Shown here piece by piece: positions 1 through 14,109 of a stretch of DNA of 64,000 nucleotides; the first letter of the stretch is position 1, and each line of letters starts with the position of its first letter. Below the pieces are notes generated by a model, which saw only the letters and a program-made list of their open reading frames with translations, searched no databases and had not been told where the DNA came from. Source of the DNA: Camelus dromedarius (taxonomy: Eukaryota). Position numbers and translations under genes: made by a program. Location of the stretch: the NCBI RefSeq assembly GCF_036321535.1, contig NC_087437.1:40178001-40242000 (forward strand), given 5' to 3'.

Positions 1-674
1 GACATTTTTCTAGAATAATACACAGTGGGTGAAATTATTTATCTTGTAACTTTGTACATTAAAATCAGATAATTTTGACAGTATATAAACTTGAGACATT
101 TTTTATGACCTTAGAGAAACTCCTTAGGCTCTTATATCTTCATTTCCCTTCGATAAAACTGTAAAGTTAAGGGGTTGGGGTGGTTTTGGGTAGAACATTG
201 ATTTAATAACTTCTTAGGACTTTTTCTACACAGACATTCTAAGATTTGCAAATTAAACAGATACTTCAAACCCAAAGTATCAATTTTGAAGCAAAATCTG
301 TTGTTCAAATATTTTCATTTTCTGTAGGGTAATTTTTTAATAGATCTTTCCTAAATGATTTTATTCCACTTTAATAATCTTGTAGATAGCACGAATTGAA
401 ATACAGATTGTTTAATTTTCATGTTTTTAATTATATAAAAATCAGACTTCTTGCCCAGCTCTAGTCTACTAGAAGGATACTTACAGAAGTAAAGTTTTAA
501 TATATGAAAAGCATCAGGTTACATGAGCAATGTAAAATAATTACTAATGTTCCTTTAAGTTGGATCACACTGAAAATACCTCTGAAGTACAATATAAAGA
601 GGTTTTAATTTAAATAATATTCTACAACAGCTTACTTTAGATTATTGTACTTGATAAATATTATATTGGTATAG

Positions 675-896
<222 letters not shown>

Positions 897-1826
897 TAGC
901 GATAGCAATATTTTAATGTATAAATATCAACTTTTTATTTTGTTTTTTAGTTGTTGGGAGTGTGAATTAAATTTGATCAAGAATTGTGTAGATTTTCTAA
1001 GAAATGTGCCTGATAATCAGTAGTTTTTAAATGACTTGGATTAAATTGCACAGATATACCAAAAAATGAAAAGGAATAGATAATACCAAGATAGTATCAG
1101 ATTTTCTTATTAAACCGTGTTCACTGTGCAAGTTTTAGGAATACATTTTTATATCGACATGTTTATTATAAAAGGTAGTATGTAAGTAGTATGAAGAAAA
1201 TAAATGTACAAAAGTGTTTAAAACAAAGGAAAATGCCACTTTGAAAATATACTGTTTTCTTTCTAAAAATTATATTTTATAATTCCTATCTGGTGTAGTG
1301 TGAACACCTAGTAGACAGTTAATAAATTTATTGGCAACTCTATATTCTCATACTCCTCAGTTTTCATTGTAAAGCATTGAACAGTTCTTATTTCAAAAGA
1401 ATTATAATTTTGTAGTATTTTTATTCTGTATTTTTAAAGGATTTTCTAATTTGTAAGTTGCCTGAGAGCAGAAACCATAATCATGAATTTTTTTCCCCCA
1501 GCTACATCTCTTAGCCAGAGTCTGGCATATAACTGGCACTCAATAAATGTCTGATAGAAATACAGAGTAAGTTACATCTTCAGTTTGAAATTTCTGTTAA
1601 TGAAAATGTGTGATTTTTTTCAAGAAATAGGGATGCTTTGTATGAAGGAGTGCCTATGTGTATACAAGTTTTCATTTCACTGTATTAGAACCAAGAGATT
1701 AAGATAGTAATTTGAACTAAATTTAAACAGTATAATAATGTTTGTATTGTGTTCGTCAACATTGGTATTTTTGTCTTAGCAGCTTCTGAAATACTGAGAT
1801 TTTAAATTTTTTAACTTGTTTTTCAG

Positions 1827-1913
1827 GAGAAAGACCATTTATCTGCGAATTATGTGGAAATTCTTACACAGATATTAAAAATTTAAAGAAGCACAAGACT
1901 AAAGTCCATTCTG
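1827..1913 (+). CDS. MYNN: Myoneurin penultimate coding exon (last C2H2 finger)
   Basis: tttcag|GA GAA AGA CCA...TCT G|gtaaat, 87 nt. Translates ERPFICELCGNSYTDIKNLKKHKTKVHS. Confidence 0.95.
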
Positions 1914-3680
1914 GTAAATGCTTGTGTGTTTTTAAAATTTGATACTCTTATATTTGTGCTATTCCTTAAAATGTTGAGATGTACAACAGTTTAAATTTAA
2001 ATTTCACATTAATTTTAACTGGAAAAATTTTGAAGTCCATTTTAGCCCAAGAGACCCAAATATTTTTCACAGATAGAAAAATATAAAAATTAGATATATA
2101 TTTTTAAAAATTAGGTCACACATATGAGGAAGGTAGCTTTATAATTTGCAGATGAATTCATTCTGAATTTCTTTCCGTATTGACCTTGTAATAAATGATG
2201 CTTGAAATAGTCCCTCCTTTAAAAACCTGATGTATGAACAGTTTCAAGAATGAAAGAATATGTAAACAAATTATATATTACTCTTCCTCATACTAGAGTC
2301 TGGGTTACTTGGGGTTTACTGTAGTAGGTGCATCATGAACAGTGGTCCAGAAATATATTAGAGGAAATAGGGAAACAGGTAGCCCCAAATTGTTACAATG
2401 TATGAAAATGGAAAGAATTTTTACACTTTTGCTACAGAATTTTTAGACTGTTGCTTAAAATGAATCCTTGAGAAAGTTTCACTATGCTTAAGCATTCTGT
2501 TATGATTAGAAACAAAACACTAGTCTTCAGTTTATAGAGATGATAGTCTTTGATGGTAAACATAAACACCATGAGGTTTAAGGTAAGTAACATCTGAAAA
2601 CTTCTGTGAGACATTAATTCAACAAGCATTTATTAAATACCTCTAAAGCACACATAACTGCAGAGTGTATGAAGGTGAACAAAGCGTAGTCCTAGTCCTC
2701 AAAGAGTTTACAATCTGGTGTGGGAGGCCAGAAATCTAAATAACTATGATTACAAGACAAAATGTAGTATAACAGAGATGCAAGAGTGCTGAAGAAGAGA
2801 TTAAATGAGGTGAATACTGGAAAAGCTTAATTCTAGGGAACCTGAAAGGTGGAGAAGAGTTCAAAGGATGGAGATGGGAAAGGGAAGTTTCATCCCAAGC
2901 AGAGAGAACACTGAATAGAGTCACTGGGATGAGACAGCACAGGCTGTATTCTTGGCTGGTTGAACTGAAGAATAGTCTGGCAAAAACAAGATAAACTTTA
3001 TAAAAGCAAATATGCAATTTTGTCTAACAGAGATAGACTGAAATCATGTTAGTACTTTGGAGTGACAAGAAAGTGGAAAGCTAGTGGAAAATTTGAAGAA
3101 AAAACTGTATCTTTAGTCAGTGGCATAATAACTCCCTTGAGTAGGGCAGAATTTCTGAAAATGAGAGTGCCATATCTCTGAACTTGAACTCATTGAATAA
3201 TATGAATATGAACTACTCATTAATACATTCAGTGAACAAACAATACTTATTATGTGTATAGCACTTTTAAGTACTTTGAAGGAATTAGAGAAGTATAACT
3301 TGACATTTGCTCTGAAGGAATTTACAGTCTGTTGAGCATTCAAGGCATACCTACGGAGAATGTTAAATAGCAATATGATAGATGTCACAGGGTGGTATAT
3401 GAAAAACTGACAAGCAAGTGATAAAATAGGTAAGAAACAGCTTACCCTGCTCCAGAACAGTTAAGTCCATTTTTATAATGATGTTGGTGCTTGAACCTAA
3501 TCTTCAAACCCATAATGGATGTATATAGATAATAAGAAGGGCAAATCAGCAAGAGAGAAACAGTATGACTAAAGGTGTGAGGTTGGAATGCAAGTTCTGG
3601 GGATGGTATATAGATTGAGTCTTCCTCAGGGTTTTTGTTTGGTTCTTAAAGAGAGTTAATTTTTTTCTCTTCCATTTCAG

Positions 3681-3943
3681 GTGCAGATAAAATTCTAGAT
3701 TCTAGTATAGAGGATCATCCCTTGAGTGAACAAGATTCTATACAAAAAAGTCCTTTATCAGAAACTTTAGACGTGAAACCTTCTGATATGACTTTACCAC
3801 TAACTCTTCCGCTTGGAACTGAGGACCACCACATGCTTCTGCCTGTCACAGATAATCAGTCTCCTACATCAGATACGTTGTTGAGGTCAACTGTGAATGG
3901 GTATTCAGAACCACAGTTGATTTTTTTACAACAGTTATACTGA
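3681..3943 (+). CDS. MYNN: Myoneurin terminal coding exon
   Basis: Acceptor tttcag ends at 3680. Translates GADKILDSSIEDHPLSEQ...STVNGYSEPQLIFLQQLY*, matching the recalled human MYNN C-terminus. TGA at 3941-3943. Confidence 0.95.
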
Positions 3944-6915
3944 CTTTGTGAGAAATATGGAATTGCTAAGACACCTTGGTAGGAAACATAAACATCTCTG
4001 GTAAGGTGCATATATTCATATTAAATTAACCATTCATTTGAGTTGTGGCCATTATTTTTCATTCACTGAGGTAAAAGCACCTGATGCTGCATCATAACTG
4101 GGCAATGCTTCTTTGATATTTGGCTTTTCTGTCTAAGTCATATACACAGCTTTTTAAGGAATGAGTAATTATACTACATTAGCACTCTTTTGGGTGGGTA
4201 AGTTTTACTTTCTTTTAGAGCTGCCTTAATTCCATTTTTATTTTGCATTTTGGATTGCCTTTCATTTACTCAAGTAGAATCTATCAGTTTATGATTTTTG
4301 ACCTGTGGAATTTATTTTCTTCCCCTCAAAATTTAAAAGAAATCCATGATAGTATCAGCCCAAGAGAGGTGCTGATGGATCAATACATAAACCATAGACC
4401 AATACATAAACTATGGGGGGAAAATAAAATTCATATTTCTGCCTAACAGAATGTACCTGAGAAAATTTCGGTACTGAATAAGAATTGTGCTGTTTCTCTA
4501 TTAATACAGTCCATTGGAGGTAACTTTTCTAATGAAACAAAAAGTGTTTCTCTTAAAAGCTAGAAAACTATGTAAATTTTGTTCATTTAGAACTCAGTAT
4601 TCTAGAGAAAACCAGTGGTCAGTACTTTTGATTTATCTGAGACTACATTTTCAAAATGAATTTTAAGTAGCTATTTGGTGTTTTTATCTTATTAAAGACA
4701 GTTTTGAAACTTGATCCAGATTGTTTTAATAGGTTTCTAGATTACTGGAGATGAGGAAAATATACTGAGTTTTGAAAATTTTTTATAAGCCTCTTATACC
4801 TCTTATGCACTTTTAAAAATATAAAATCCTAAAAAGAATTTTCTAAATAGAAACTTAATGCATAGTATAAAATACTTGGCTTCTGAATTTGATACATTAT
4901 ATTCATAAATAGTTAAGAAATGAACTTCAATTAAATAGTAAACATTTGTTATCAGAAAGTCAGTTTATTAAACATTTTATACTTGAGTTTTCTATAAGTT
5001 CTGAGTTTTTAAATTTTATAGATTAAACCATGACAGTTGTTGGTGGTTATAGTTTCACAGTAGTCTTTTTCCTTCCTAATGAACTTAGAAAATTCAGATT
5101 TATTCTGATATTTACCACTCTTCCCCACCCCATTTTTCCCAAATATTGATTTATTTCACTGTCTAATCTTTGGACATTAAATTATCAGTTCCTATACTGC
5201 TGATCAAACACCATGGTGACATTATTTCTTATTTCTGCCATGCATTAGTTGTGGCTTATTTGTTTTCTGCTTTGAAACCACACCTGTAATAAAATTAATG
5301 TGTTTTCTTATTGGTATTGATTTCTTTAATTGTTATTTTCTTTGGGGTCCTACTCATAGGAACCAACCAGAAGACTTAATGAAACTACTAAATTCTTGTA
5401 AACTGTACATATCGTCACCATTTCACAGCATACTCAGCATTTTCACACTAAATTGCCACCAGTGGGATTGGCTTAATTGAATAGAGTTTGAAATACTGCC
5501 TTTATATAATGTACCTCAAACTTTGTATTTAATTTATCTAAGAAATATAATTATGCATATGTATTAATTTAATATACTGAGTTTAAGTACAATTTATAAA
5601 GTTATAAAATGTTCAACTGATCTATTCTGGCTTAAATTCAGTAGGAACTGGAATGTGAAGAAATTAAAGGAAATTAGGACTCAGCCTTTTTAAGAAGTCT
5701 ACTGAAATAGAGAGGTTATATTTAATTCACATCCTCATTAATCTCAGTATCTAATGAACAAAATTTCTCTTTAAAAACTGCCACAGTGATGTTATAATTC
5801 TGTGAGGGTAGTAGTTACCAAATTTCCTCTAATATGATGGTAATTAGCATTCTGCCTTTACATAGATAAGCCTTCAAATTTATTATTTTTTAGAATTATT
5901 GGATTGGAGTAGCTAAAGTTGATTTATTGTGCTTTTCTTCATCACATTATCTGCTTCTTAGCTAAAATAATTTTATTTTAAAGTGACATGGCTTGATGCT
6001 CTTCCAGAATGACGTGTAAAGAAAGCTTGAATACTTCAGTATCCTGTCTTGTCATTCTTCTCATAATGCTTATTATTCTTTATCATAATATGCATGTATT
6101 TTAGTTGTATCTGGCATCATTCTAACACTCATAATTATATTAGTTAAGTTCATTTTTAAATATATTTGTACAATGCAGTGTTTTGGGAAAGGTCTGTTCT
6201 TAAAGTATTACTAAGTTTTTTGAAAGTCTTTTTAAGATGCTGAAAATCTTACTGAAAAAACATTTTCTAAGTTAATTTTGTTTTATATTTGTATTAGATT
6301 ATTCCTAATGTATTGTTAGATTTTAGGCTTTTTAAAAAGAAACCATAGATTATATATAAATGATTTTGCTGTTTTTAAATGGTATTTGTTTTATGTTTAA
6401 TTTCATAGGATGATTTTGATAGACAAATTTTAGAAAGTTTTATTTTTTTTAAGAAAAGGTTTTGTCTGTTCTGTTGCAACAGTAGTTTATCACTTCTGTA
6501 TGTTTCATTTCTACAGAAATTGTGCAAATGAGAGTAGTTAAATTATGCTTATATAAAAACAATGTACATGTACTCGTTTTTTAAAATATCCTAGAATAAT
6601 AGCTCTAATATTTGATGCACATCAGAAACATATTTTTTAAATAATGGTGTCTAAGCCCAACCCCACCTTAGGCCCTCTGATTTAGATGATCTCTAGAACA
6701 TGCTGGAAGAGCTCTGTAGGTGATCTTAATGCATACTGAACATTGAGAACTATTGTCCTAAACATTTCTTGGCATTCTTCCTTTGGGCTCTTGATATATG
6801 ATATATGGGTTCTTGATACATGAAGCTCTTGGTAGAACTTTCCTCAGAGATTTTGAGACTTTAGAACTTGGCTAGAAATACCACCAAATAAAAAGCAATT
6901 GTATTTTAATGTAAT
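3944..6915 (+). other. MYNN: MYNN 3'UTR with candidate poly(A) signals
   Basis: AU-rich, repeat-poor stretch after the stop. AATAAA at 4423-4428, 5288-5293 and 6887-6892. The true 3' end cannot be determined from sequence. Confidence 0.55.
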
Positions 6916-8935
6916 TTCTGTAAATTCTACATTTTTACTCATTATTTATGAACAATATTGAGATTTAGTTATTGGTGCATTTGAGACAATGATACGGTCT
7001 ACTCTTCTGTGCTCTGCAACCCTGCACCCCCTTCATGCAAGAAACATTTGGTGTATTTGCTTAAGGAATTTAGATAATGATTATCATGTAAACATAGTCA
7101 TCATCCAGAAGTAGAGTAATTTCAAGAAGAATATACTAAAATTAAACACCACAGATGTGAATCAGATACTTGGATTAAAATATCTGACCATTATTTTGAA
7201 TGCTAGAAAACTGTTGAAATCAGAATGCATAAAGTTACAAAGATGAATAAGATATCCTCCATTTTTTAAGTATACAGTCAGATGGGAAAGATAAGCCTGA
7301 ATATAACTGGCAATAAAACAAGCCAGAATGCCAAGTGTTACAGTGCTGGGGAGGCAAGAAAGGAAATGCTGAGCAGTTAAAGGAAGATGAATGGACACAG
7401 AAAGAGCCATTGCTCCCCTGGGCAGGCAAACAAGAGGAGATGGTTAATGGGAGGAATTTGTTCACAGCTGACTGAGGTAGGCAGAATGGAAAGAAAGTGT
7501 GAAAGGTAGGGATCAAAGGTACGTCTAGCACTATACCTATACCATCTTGAAATAGGGCTCTACCTTTAGCCTGTGCCGAAGGAATGGGATTAGATAGCCA
7601 AGTTTATAATCCAGGATCTCACACTCAATCACAATTGACTGCTGAAGGGCAGGGATTAGACAGCCACATTTGTAGCACATGATGCCATACTTGTGACTGC
7701 AGCTCAATGAACACCTTAGCAGGGAGAAGTAATTCTTAGGCCAAACACTTACTAGGTATTGGTATACATGTAAATGAAAAAAATCATTTAGAACTGGCCC
7801 AGAGTCAGTGAAGCAAGCCAAAGTCAAGGAAATAGTGAAGAAGCAGAGAAAGCTGATCTATAGCGCAAGGAAAGGGATAAGGCAAGCTTGCAGAACCAAG
7901 TGACTGAGGCCCTGAAGAGACGGAAGTGGCTTGGTTTCTGGCTTTGCAATCCCATTCTGGAGGTGGCACAACTATGCTTCATTTCCTTGTCCCTGGTTGC
8001 CGCTTATTTTTGCCTATTTAAGTTCGTACAGTATATCTCCTTTTTCTTAAGCAGGCTTGAGTCAGTTTCTGTTCCTTGTAGTTAGGCAGCCCTGACTTAG
8101 ACACATTAAGTTTTAAATCCTTAGTGATTGAGTAAATGGTGATGCCATTAACTGTGATAGGGAAGATAAAGTGGAGGTTTACGGAAGAGAAAACTTTATT
8201 TTTTATGTGCTGAATTTGATTGGTGGTGAGATACCTATGTGAAAATGTCTAGCAGTAGTTGGAAATGAGGACTGAAACCCAGCAGAGGTTAAAGCTAGAG
8301 ATACAGATCTTGCAGCATAAGGCTGTAAGTATTGTGATATAAATGATTTAGGCAACCTTAGGAGATGTTACAGAAGAATAAAGATGAGGACAAAATCTTG
8401 GGGGAAATGCATTTAAAGAATGAGCAAAAGACAGAAAAGGAGATAGAAAGAGGTAACAGGGAGAAAACAGTAGCGCACGTTTCATGCAGACAATAGTGGC
8501 TTTGTACTGATCATGCGGTACAGAGAAATTAAATAGGATGAAAATCAAAGACAGCATTGGGTTGGGTAACTGGAGCATGATGATCCTTTAAGAAAGACAG
8601 CTGCATTAGTAACAGTGGGCATAGAAGCCAGGTGGATATGGTTTGAGTAGTAGATAAGACATAATACTACTATTTAGTTTGAAAAGCAGAGAGTACAGCA
8701 ATCAGATCATTTTATCAAGTATCTAAAAAGTATGAACCACTTTCTTGCTTTTTTGCTTTCAAACTTGAAACACTGTAAAATGATGAGCATAATAGAGTAT
8801 CTACAACACTAATAGGAGGCTGTGAGCTGGATCTTAAAGGATGATTGCTAAGAGGAAAATAGAAGGAAACATGTAACACATACATGGTTGCAGATTTACT
8901 TATTAGAATTCAGGTGTGCAGAGGAAGTGGGAGTT

Positions 8936-8986
8936 TTCTTACAGGGCTTACGTATTCTTACAGGGCTTACGTATTCTTCCAGGGCT
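8936..8986. repeat. 19-bp tandem repeat (ttcttacagggcttacgta) x about 2.7
   Basis: Two perfect copies at 8936-8954 and 8955-8973, plus a partial third copy. Confidence 0.9.
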
Positions 8987-11560
8987 CCCACCCAGTAGGA
9001 AGTTTGCAGAAGAAATTAACTTTTAGTCCTAGCACCTTTAAAACCTAGTCTGATACAAAGGAGATAGAATTTATAATATCTTAAGGTAACATTTCAAAAA
9101 TTGCTGTCTTACTTCTGCCCTTTGTCTTCTCTCTAAAATGGTGTCCATATAAATGGAGGAGGAGGCTTACATGACATAATGGCATCAGGGAAGATGCTGT
9201 CTTCATTCTTCCATTCTATGGGCATCCTACTGGCCTCTGATACGGTAGGCAACAGCTTGTAAAATAATGTGATCAGATTTTTCTTAGCCTGGTCAGAGCC
9301 CAGTAGTTTTTGGCTGACCTGGCTTCACCTTAGTTCTCTTGGGTGTGGAGAAGAAAGCTCTGAGACCTGCAAAAATGTCTCAAGAAGTCCAGTGTGAGTT
9401 AGTTTGCAGGTTTAGCACATGCCACTCCACTGCAGGCTTCAGGTAAGCCTACTTACTTCCAATTCACCTCTTTGCTTCCCACTCAAACTTCTGAGTCTCC
9501 CCCAGGGAGAATATAAGAACTTGTGGGCTCCCCTCCATAGCACATAGGAAGAGAGAGTGCCTGGGAGAGCAAACTGCATCACTAAGGTTTACTCTGATTT
9601 GGCTGCGTCCCAGCCTGAGAGTTATCTCTTTCAGAATCCTACGGACTACTACCCAGCATATTATGAAATACTTCAAAACAATAAAAGGAGAATGGACTAC
9701 TGTTGCATTAAACAAGAATGAATTGCACTAATGTTATACAAAAGAAGTCTGATACAAAGAGCATATAGACTGTATGATTCCATTTATATAAAATTCCAAA
9801 ACATGCAAAACTACTCTGGGGTGTTAGATGTCATGATAGCGGTTGTTTATTGGAAGATGGTTGGAGGAGCTTCTGGGAAGCTTGTGGCATTTACTATCTT
9901 TATCCGGATCATGGTTAACACAGATGGGTTAACTTTGTGATAATTTATCTAGCTATTCATTTATTTCCATTTAAAAGAAGTATATATTAAAAAAAAAAAA
10001 ACTGAAGAATGAGAAAACCAGAGCATTGGTTTTTAAAACTTCAGTGAGATTAAAGGTGACCTGGATTGTAAAAATGTAGATTCCCCAGACTATCCTCAAA
10101 AATTCTGATTCAGTAAGTCTAACTAAGAATATTTTTAACACTTGCCCCAGGTGATTCTGATGCTCCACACTTTTAAAAATGCTAATTCAGTGTCTTCAAT
10201 TTAAACTATCTGTACTGTCTGGACAGATGTTCAAGTGTAAGAAGTCTGTCATACTGTTATTTAGGTTTCAGTTTATTGGCTCTCTGATTGCTAGGAGTAG
10301 CATTTCTTCACCAGCTTAATGGTTTCCAAATGTAATGACAGTTAAAAATGTTCATATTTTTTTCCCATAGCATTCAACTCTGCAGTTTTTCAAATCTGAT
10401 CAAAAGACAAATTTTTTTCATTTACTACTGCATTTTTAACAATACAAAGACATGACTTTCCTCAGACAGTACAACTTTTTTTAGATACAAGTAATTAGTT
10501 CTAGCTATATTCATCATGTAATAATATAAAAGAACTTTGTAAAAAAAAAAAAAACTAGTCTTTATATCTACAGAGGAGAGATCTTAAAATGGAAACAAAA
10601 TAAGATCTGAAACATGTAGAGAACATTGTAAACTAAGGCTTGGTAAAACCTAATAACTAAGAGTAAAATCAATAATTAATAAAAAGTCATTGTGTCGGGA
10701 TACATAAAATCACTTGTTGTAGAATTCTGTAATCTATGCAGTTTTGTCGGTGCCATTGTAAACATTTGTTGACAGCAGATCTTCAGTAGATGTTTTTTGC
10801 AACAGTGGAAGGTCATTATTTCTAAAATTCCATTATCAGACTGTAGTAGTTTTAATATAACATATAAACAATACTTATCAAAAAAAAAGGCCCTGAAATC
10901 CATTTCACACATTTTGTTATTATTAACATGAACTAATGAGTACTATTTTTCAAACAATTCCAGATGTTTTAAGACTTTGTTTTTCAGCACAGACTCAACC
11001 TGATAGCAAACCATCTGTCCTGAATGATCCAAATTCATCTCTCTGAAAGCATGAGAATGGATGTGGTAAGGCATTTAGGTCTTTTTCTTGCTCAATAATC
11101 TAGAACATTAAGTGAAAATAATGGCTTATATAATTTATTCAGTTGTTCTTCCCATTTCATCACCACCACCACCATCTGTGCCCACCTCCCTGCCTAACCT
11201 CCCACCCCAACCTCCCCAGGGAGTATGGAAAGGTGGTATTAGGTGTTGAACAAAAGGAAAGACCTGTTAAACTTGATAATTGTTAAACAGTGAGTAGGAG
11301 ATATTTATCTTAATTGCTTAATCTACCAAAGGAATGGACAATGACATGTCATTTTTTTTGTAATTTAAATTTTTGGAATAAATACAGCTATGATTTGAGG
11401 AATTCACAATACTTTAAGTGAAGGCCAATACTTTGACAACTGTAAATCTGACCACCACCTTTATTCCACCTCCTCTTCAACATTTAGAGATGGGTTTTTT
11501 TTCTTCTTTTAGACTGCAGAACTTATAAAGTGACCTTTTAAAACCGTCTACATTTTTTTT

Positions 11561-11698
11561 AATTAATTAATTTTTTAATTTATTTTTCAGGAGGGAGGTA
11601 ACGGTTTACTTTTTTATTTTTAGAGAGGGTACTGAGGACTGAACCCAGGACCCTGTGTATGCTAAGCATGCACTCTGTCACTGGAGCTATACCCTCCC
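11561..11698 (-). mobile_element. tRNA-derived SINE, camelid Vic-1-like
   Basis: Minus strand reads gggagggtatagctccagtgacagagtgcatgcttagcatac...gggttcagtcctcagtacc plus an A-rich tail. 14-bp TSD tctacatttttttt at 11547-11560 and 11699-11712. Confidence 0.85.
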
Positions 11699-12460
11699 TC
11701 TACATTTTTTTTCTCATACTTTGCCTGTCTTGAGCACTAATAAATCATTCAGATTAAGCAGTTAAGTGGTATGTATGAATTAACAAATTTGTGAACATAG
11801 GTCTGTAATCAAAAGATCATAGTGTATTAAGATTTCTCTGAAGAGAAACAAGATTGGCCACAGACAATATGAATTATATGCCATCAAATTGTTAAAATAT
11901 TACTGGCATCCTCCAAAAGAGAGAACTATCTTTAAAAGTTCACTGGCAGCATTGACTTGTTTGGAAAGTATATATTTATATGTATTGGTATATGTGTATG
12001 TTTATATATATTTACCTGTATTTGTGAAAGTGTATCAACACCCATCTGTAAGATACCTAAAATACTTTTTGAGCCTATAAACCCCTTGAAGGCCCCTGGG
12101 ATCTGTCACCTGAAACCTTTTTTTTTACCACTCGATGACAGCTTTCAGTTAGGAGATCTATAATGACCTTGTATGCTATTCTACTATTTGGTAATACTTT
12201 CTTTATAAAAAGAAATTAGTTCCTTGATGATTTCTTTCTCCAGCGGTTCAAATTTTAGTCCCTATTTTGTAAAATTTCTTTGAAAAAATTACACTACTCA
12301 GTTTTTCACAATGGAGGGTTATTCAAAGTTTAATATCTCTTTTACCCATCTGATGAAAGTAACGTTCTAATTTATGAAAGAAAATCTTAATAGGCAATAA
12401 AACATTATCTCTGTGAAAGTAATAAGACAAATATTTGAAAATTATTTTAGAGCTTATTTT

Positions 12461-12664
12461 TCACAGATGTTGACCTACTGGTACAAGAGTAAAACCTGCA
12501 TTAGATGATTGGCTGCAAGCTGCTCCATAACCTGGTATCCAGTAATAATGCCTTTTAAGGCCATTGGAGACTTCTGCAAGGTACACACGTCCATCCACCA
12601 CAAATGGCTCCACATCCGTATTGTCTGGTTTTAGACGACCCATGTGAATTAAATCTGAATATGC
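12461..12664 (-). CDS. LRRC34: LRRC34 exon 11 (terminal coding exon)
   Basis: tag|GCA TAT.... Translates AYSDLIHMGRLKPDNTDVEPFVVDGRVYLAEVSNGLKRHYYW...LVPVGQHL*, matching the recalled human LRRC34 C-terminus. Confidence 0.95.
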   Translation of the reverse strand, partial: AYSDLIHMGRLKPDNTDVEPFVVDGRVYLAEVSNGLKRHYYWIPGYGAACSQSSNAGFTLVPVGQHL

Positions 12665-13982
12665 CTAGGATTTTTAAGAAAAGCTGTATCATAAAGAAAA
12701 TAGTTTATTCATTTTACAGTGCTTAAATAAATTTCAATATTCAAATTAGCTGTGATAATTTACAGTTTAAAATAACATTGCTGAATTTTAATATTTTCCA
12801 GGTATTGTAGCTTTTTATTCATTTTATTCCACACAAAATGTAATTATAATCTTACAAAACATTTCTAAATTTTAATGTTATTAGGCATGTTTTGTTATAG
12901 ATTCGCAGAGATAACAATTCTATGAATTACCAGTTTTGTGAACCAAAGGTCTCATGGTAAGAATTTTCAAGTCCCAAGGTGACTCATAAATGAGTAGGGA
13001 GGGCTGTTGTATATGCTCACAAAGATCTGATGGTAGCCAGGGATCCACTTTCCAGAAAAGTAAACAATCACAGATTTTGGCATACAACTGTGTGGAGTTC
13101 ATGGACCTCCTGAAGGTAATCTACAGATTTGGGCTGAGAGAGACAGCTCCCATAGTATTAGATGCTGGCCTGGCTGGCCACCTAATTATTTCTTCATTGT
13201 AGAATTTTCTTTTTATATCTTCTATGGATCACTGATACCTACATAAGGGTGCCTTACAAACACCCTTTGTCAATAAGGTGATTCTGGAGAAAGGCAGAAT
13301 AGACAGCATCCTTAGACAGTACAAGAAGATTCAAAAGTTTAGTTGCTTTCTGCGTTAGCTGGTCATTATTATTTCCAAACTCAACTCGGCTCCTAATGTA
13401 TAGAATATGGATATGAGGTTTTTCTGAAATCAAGGATTTTTTTTAATAATGTACAATTTTATTAGTCTTTTTAGTGGTGAAATTCTGGTTAGTCTTGGCA
13501 ATTTTTGAGAATTTTAACATTTTTCTCTCTATTCTTTCCAAATGAGAATTATTTGTCACTATCCTTTTTGTGTGTCTTGAAGGTAGTATCTAGGGTTCTC
13601 TGTATTTACATAAGCAACATACCAAATATTTCGACAGCTTGTACTATATCACTCCAAATTGTCTTGGTTTAATTATTGGGCAGCAGATTGGAGACTGTGC
13701 CACATCAAATTTAAATCAACAAATGTGATTTTTAAAAACAATTTTGGAGGAACTGGGACTGGGTAATTCAGTGATATTTATACTAATATGTAATATTTGA
13801 TTATCTTTGCTGTTTCAACCACGGAACTTTCCAGTAGCTAATTTTTAGTTAGGACTTATGTTAAAATTTATCAAAACTGTAGTGTCTCACTATACTTTGT
13901 AATCATGTCTAAGGCACTGGTAAATAACGTCTGATAATATAGGGAAGACCCTGGGAGAAGCCTCAGTGAAGAAAAAACTTAC

Positions 13983-14109
13983 CACACATGTAGCTTCATC
14001 AAATTTGTTTCCCCAGATGTAGATATTAGAGAGTGTGGGATTTGTTTTCATTGATTGGGAAAGTGCAACAAGTCCTTCTCCCTCTATGTTGTTGCTTACC
14101 ACTGACAAC
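13983..14109 (-). CDS. LRRC34: LRRC34 exon 10
   Basis: cag|G TTG TCA...TGT GTG|gtaag, 127 nt. Translates LSVVSNNIEGEGLVALSQSMKTNPTLSNIYIWGNKFDEATCV. Confidence 0.95.
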
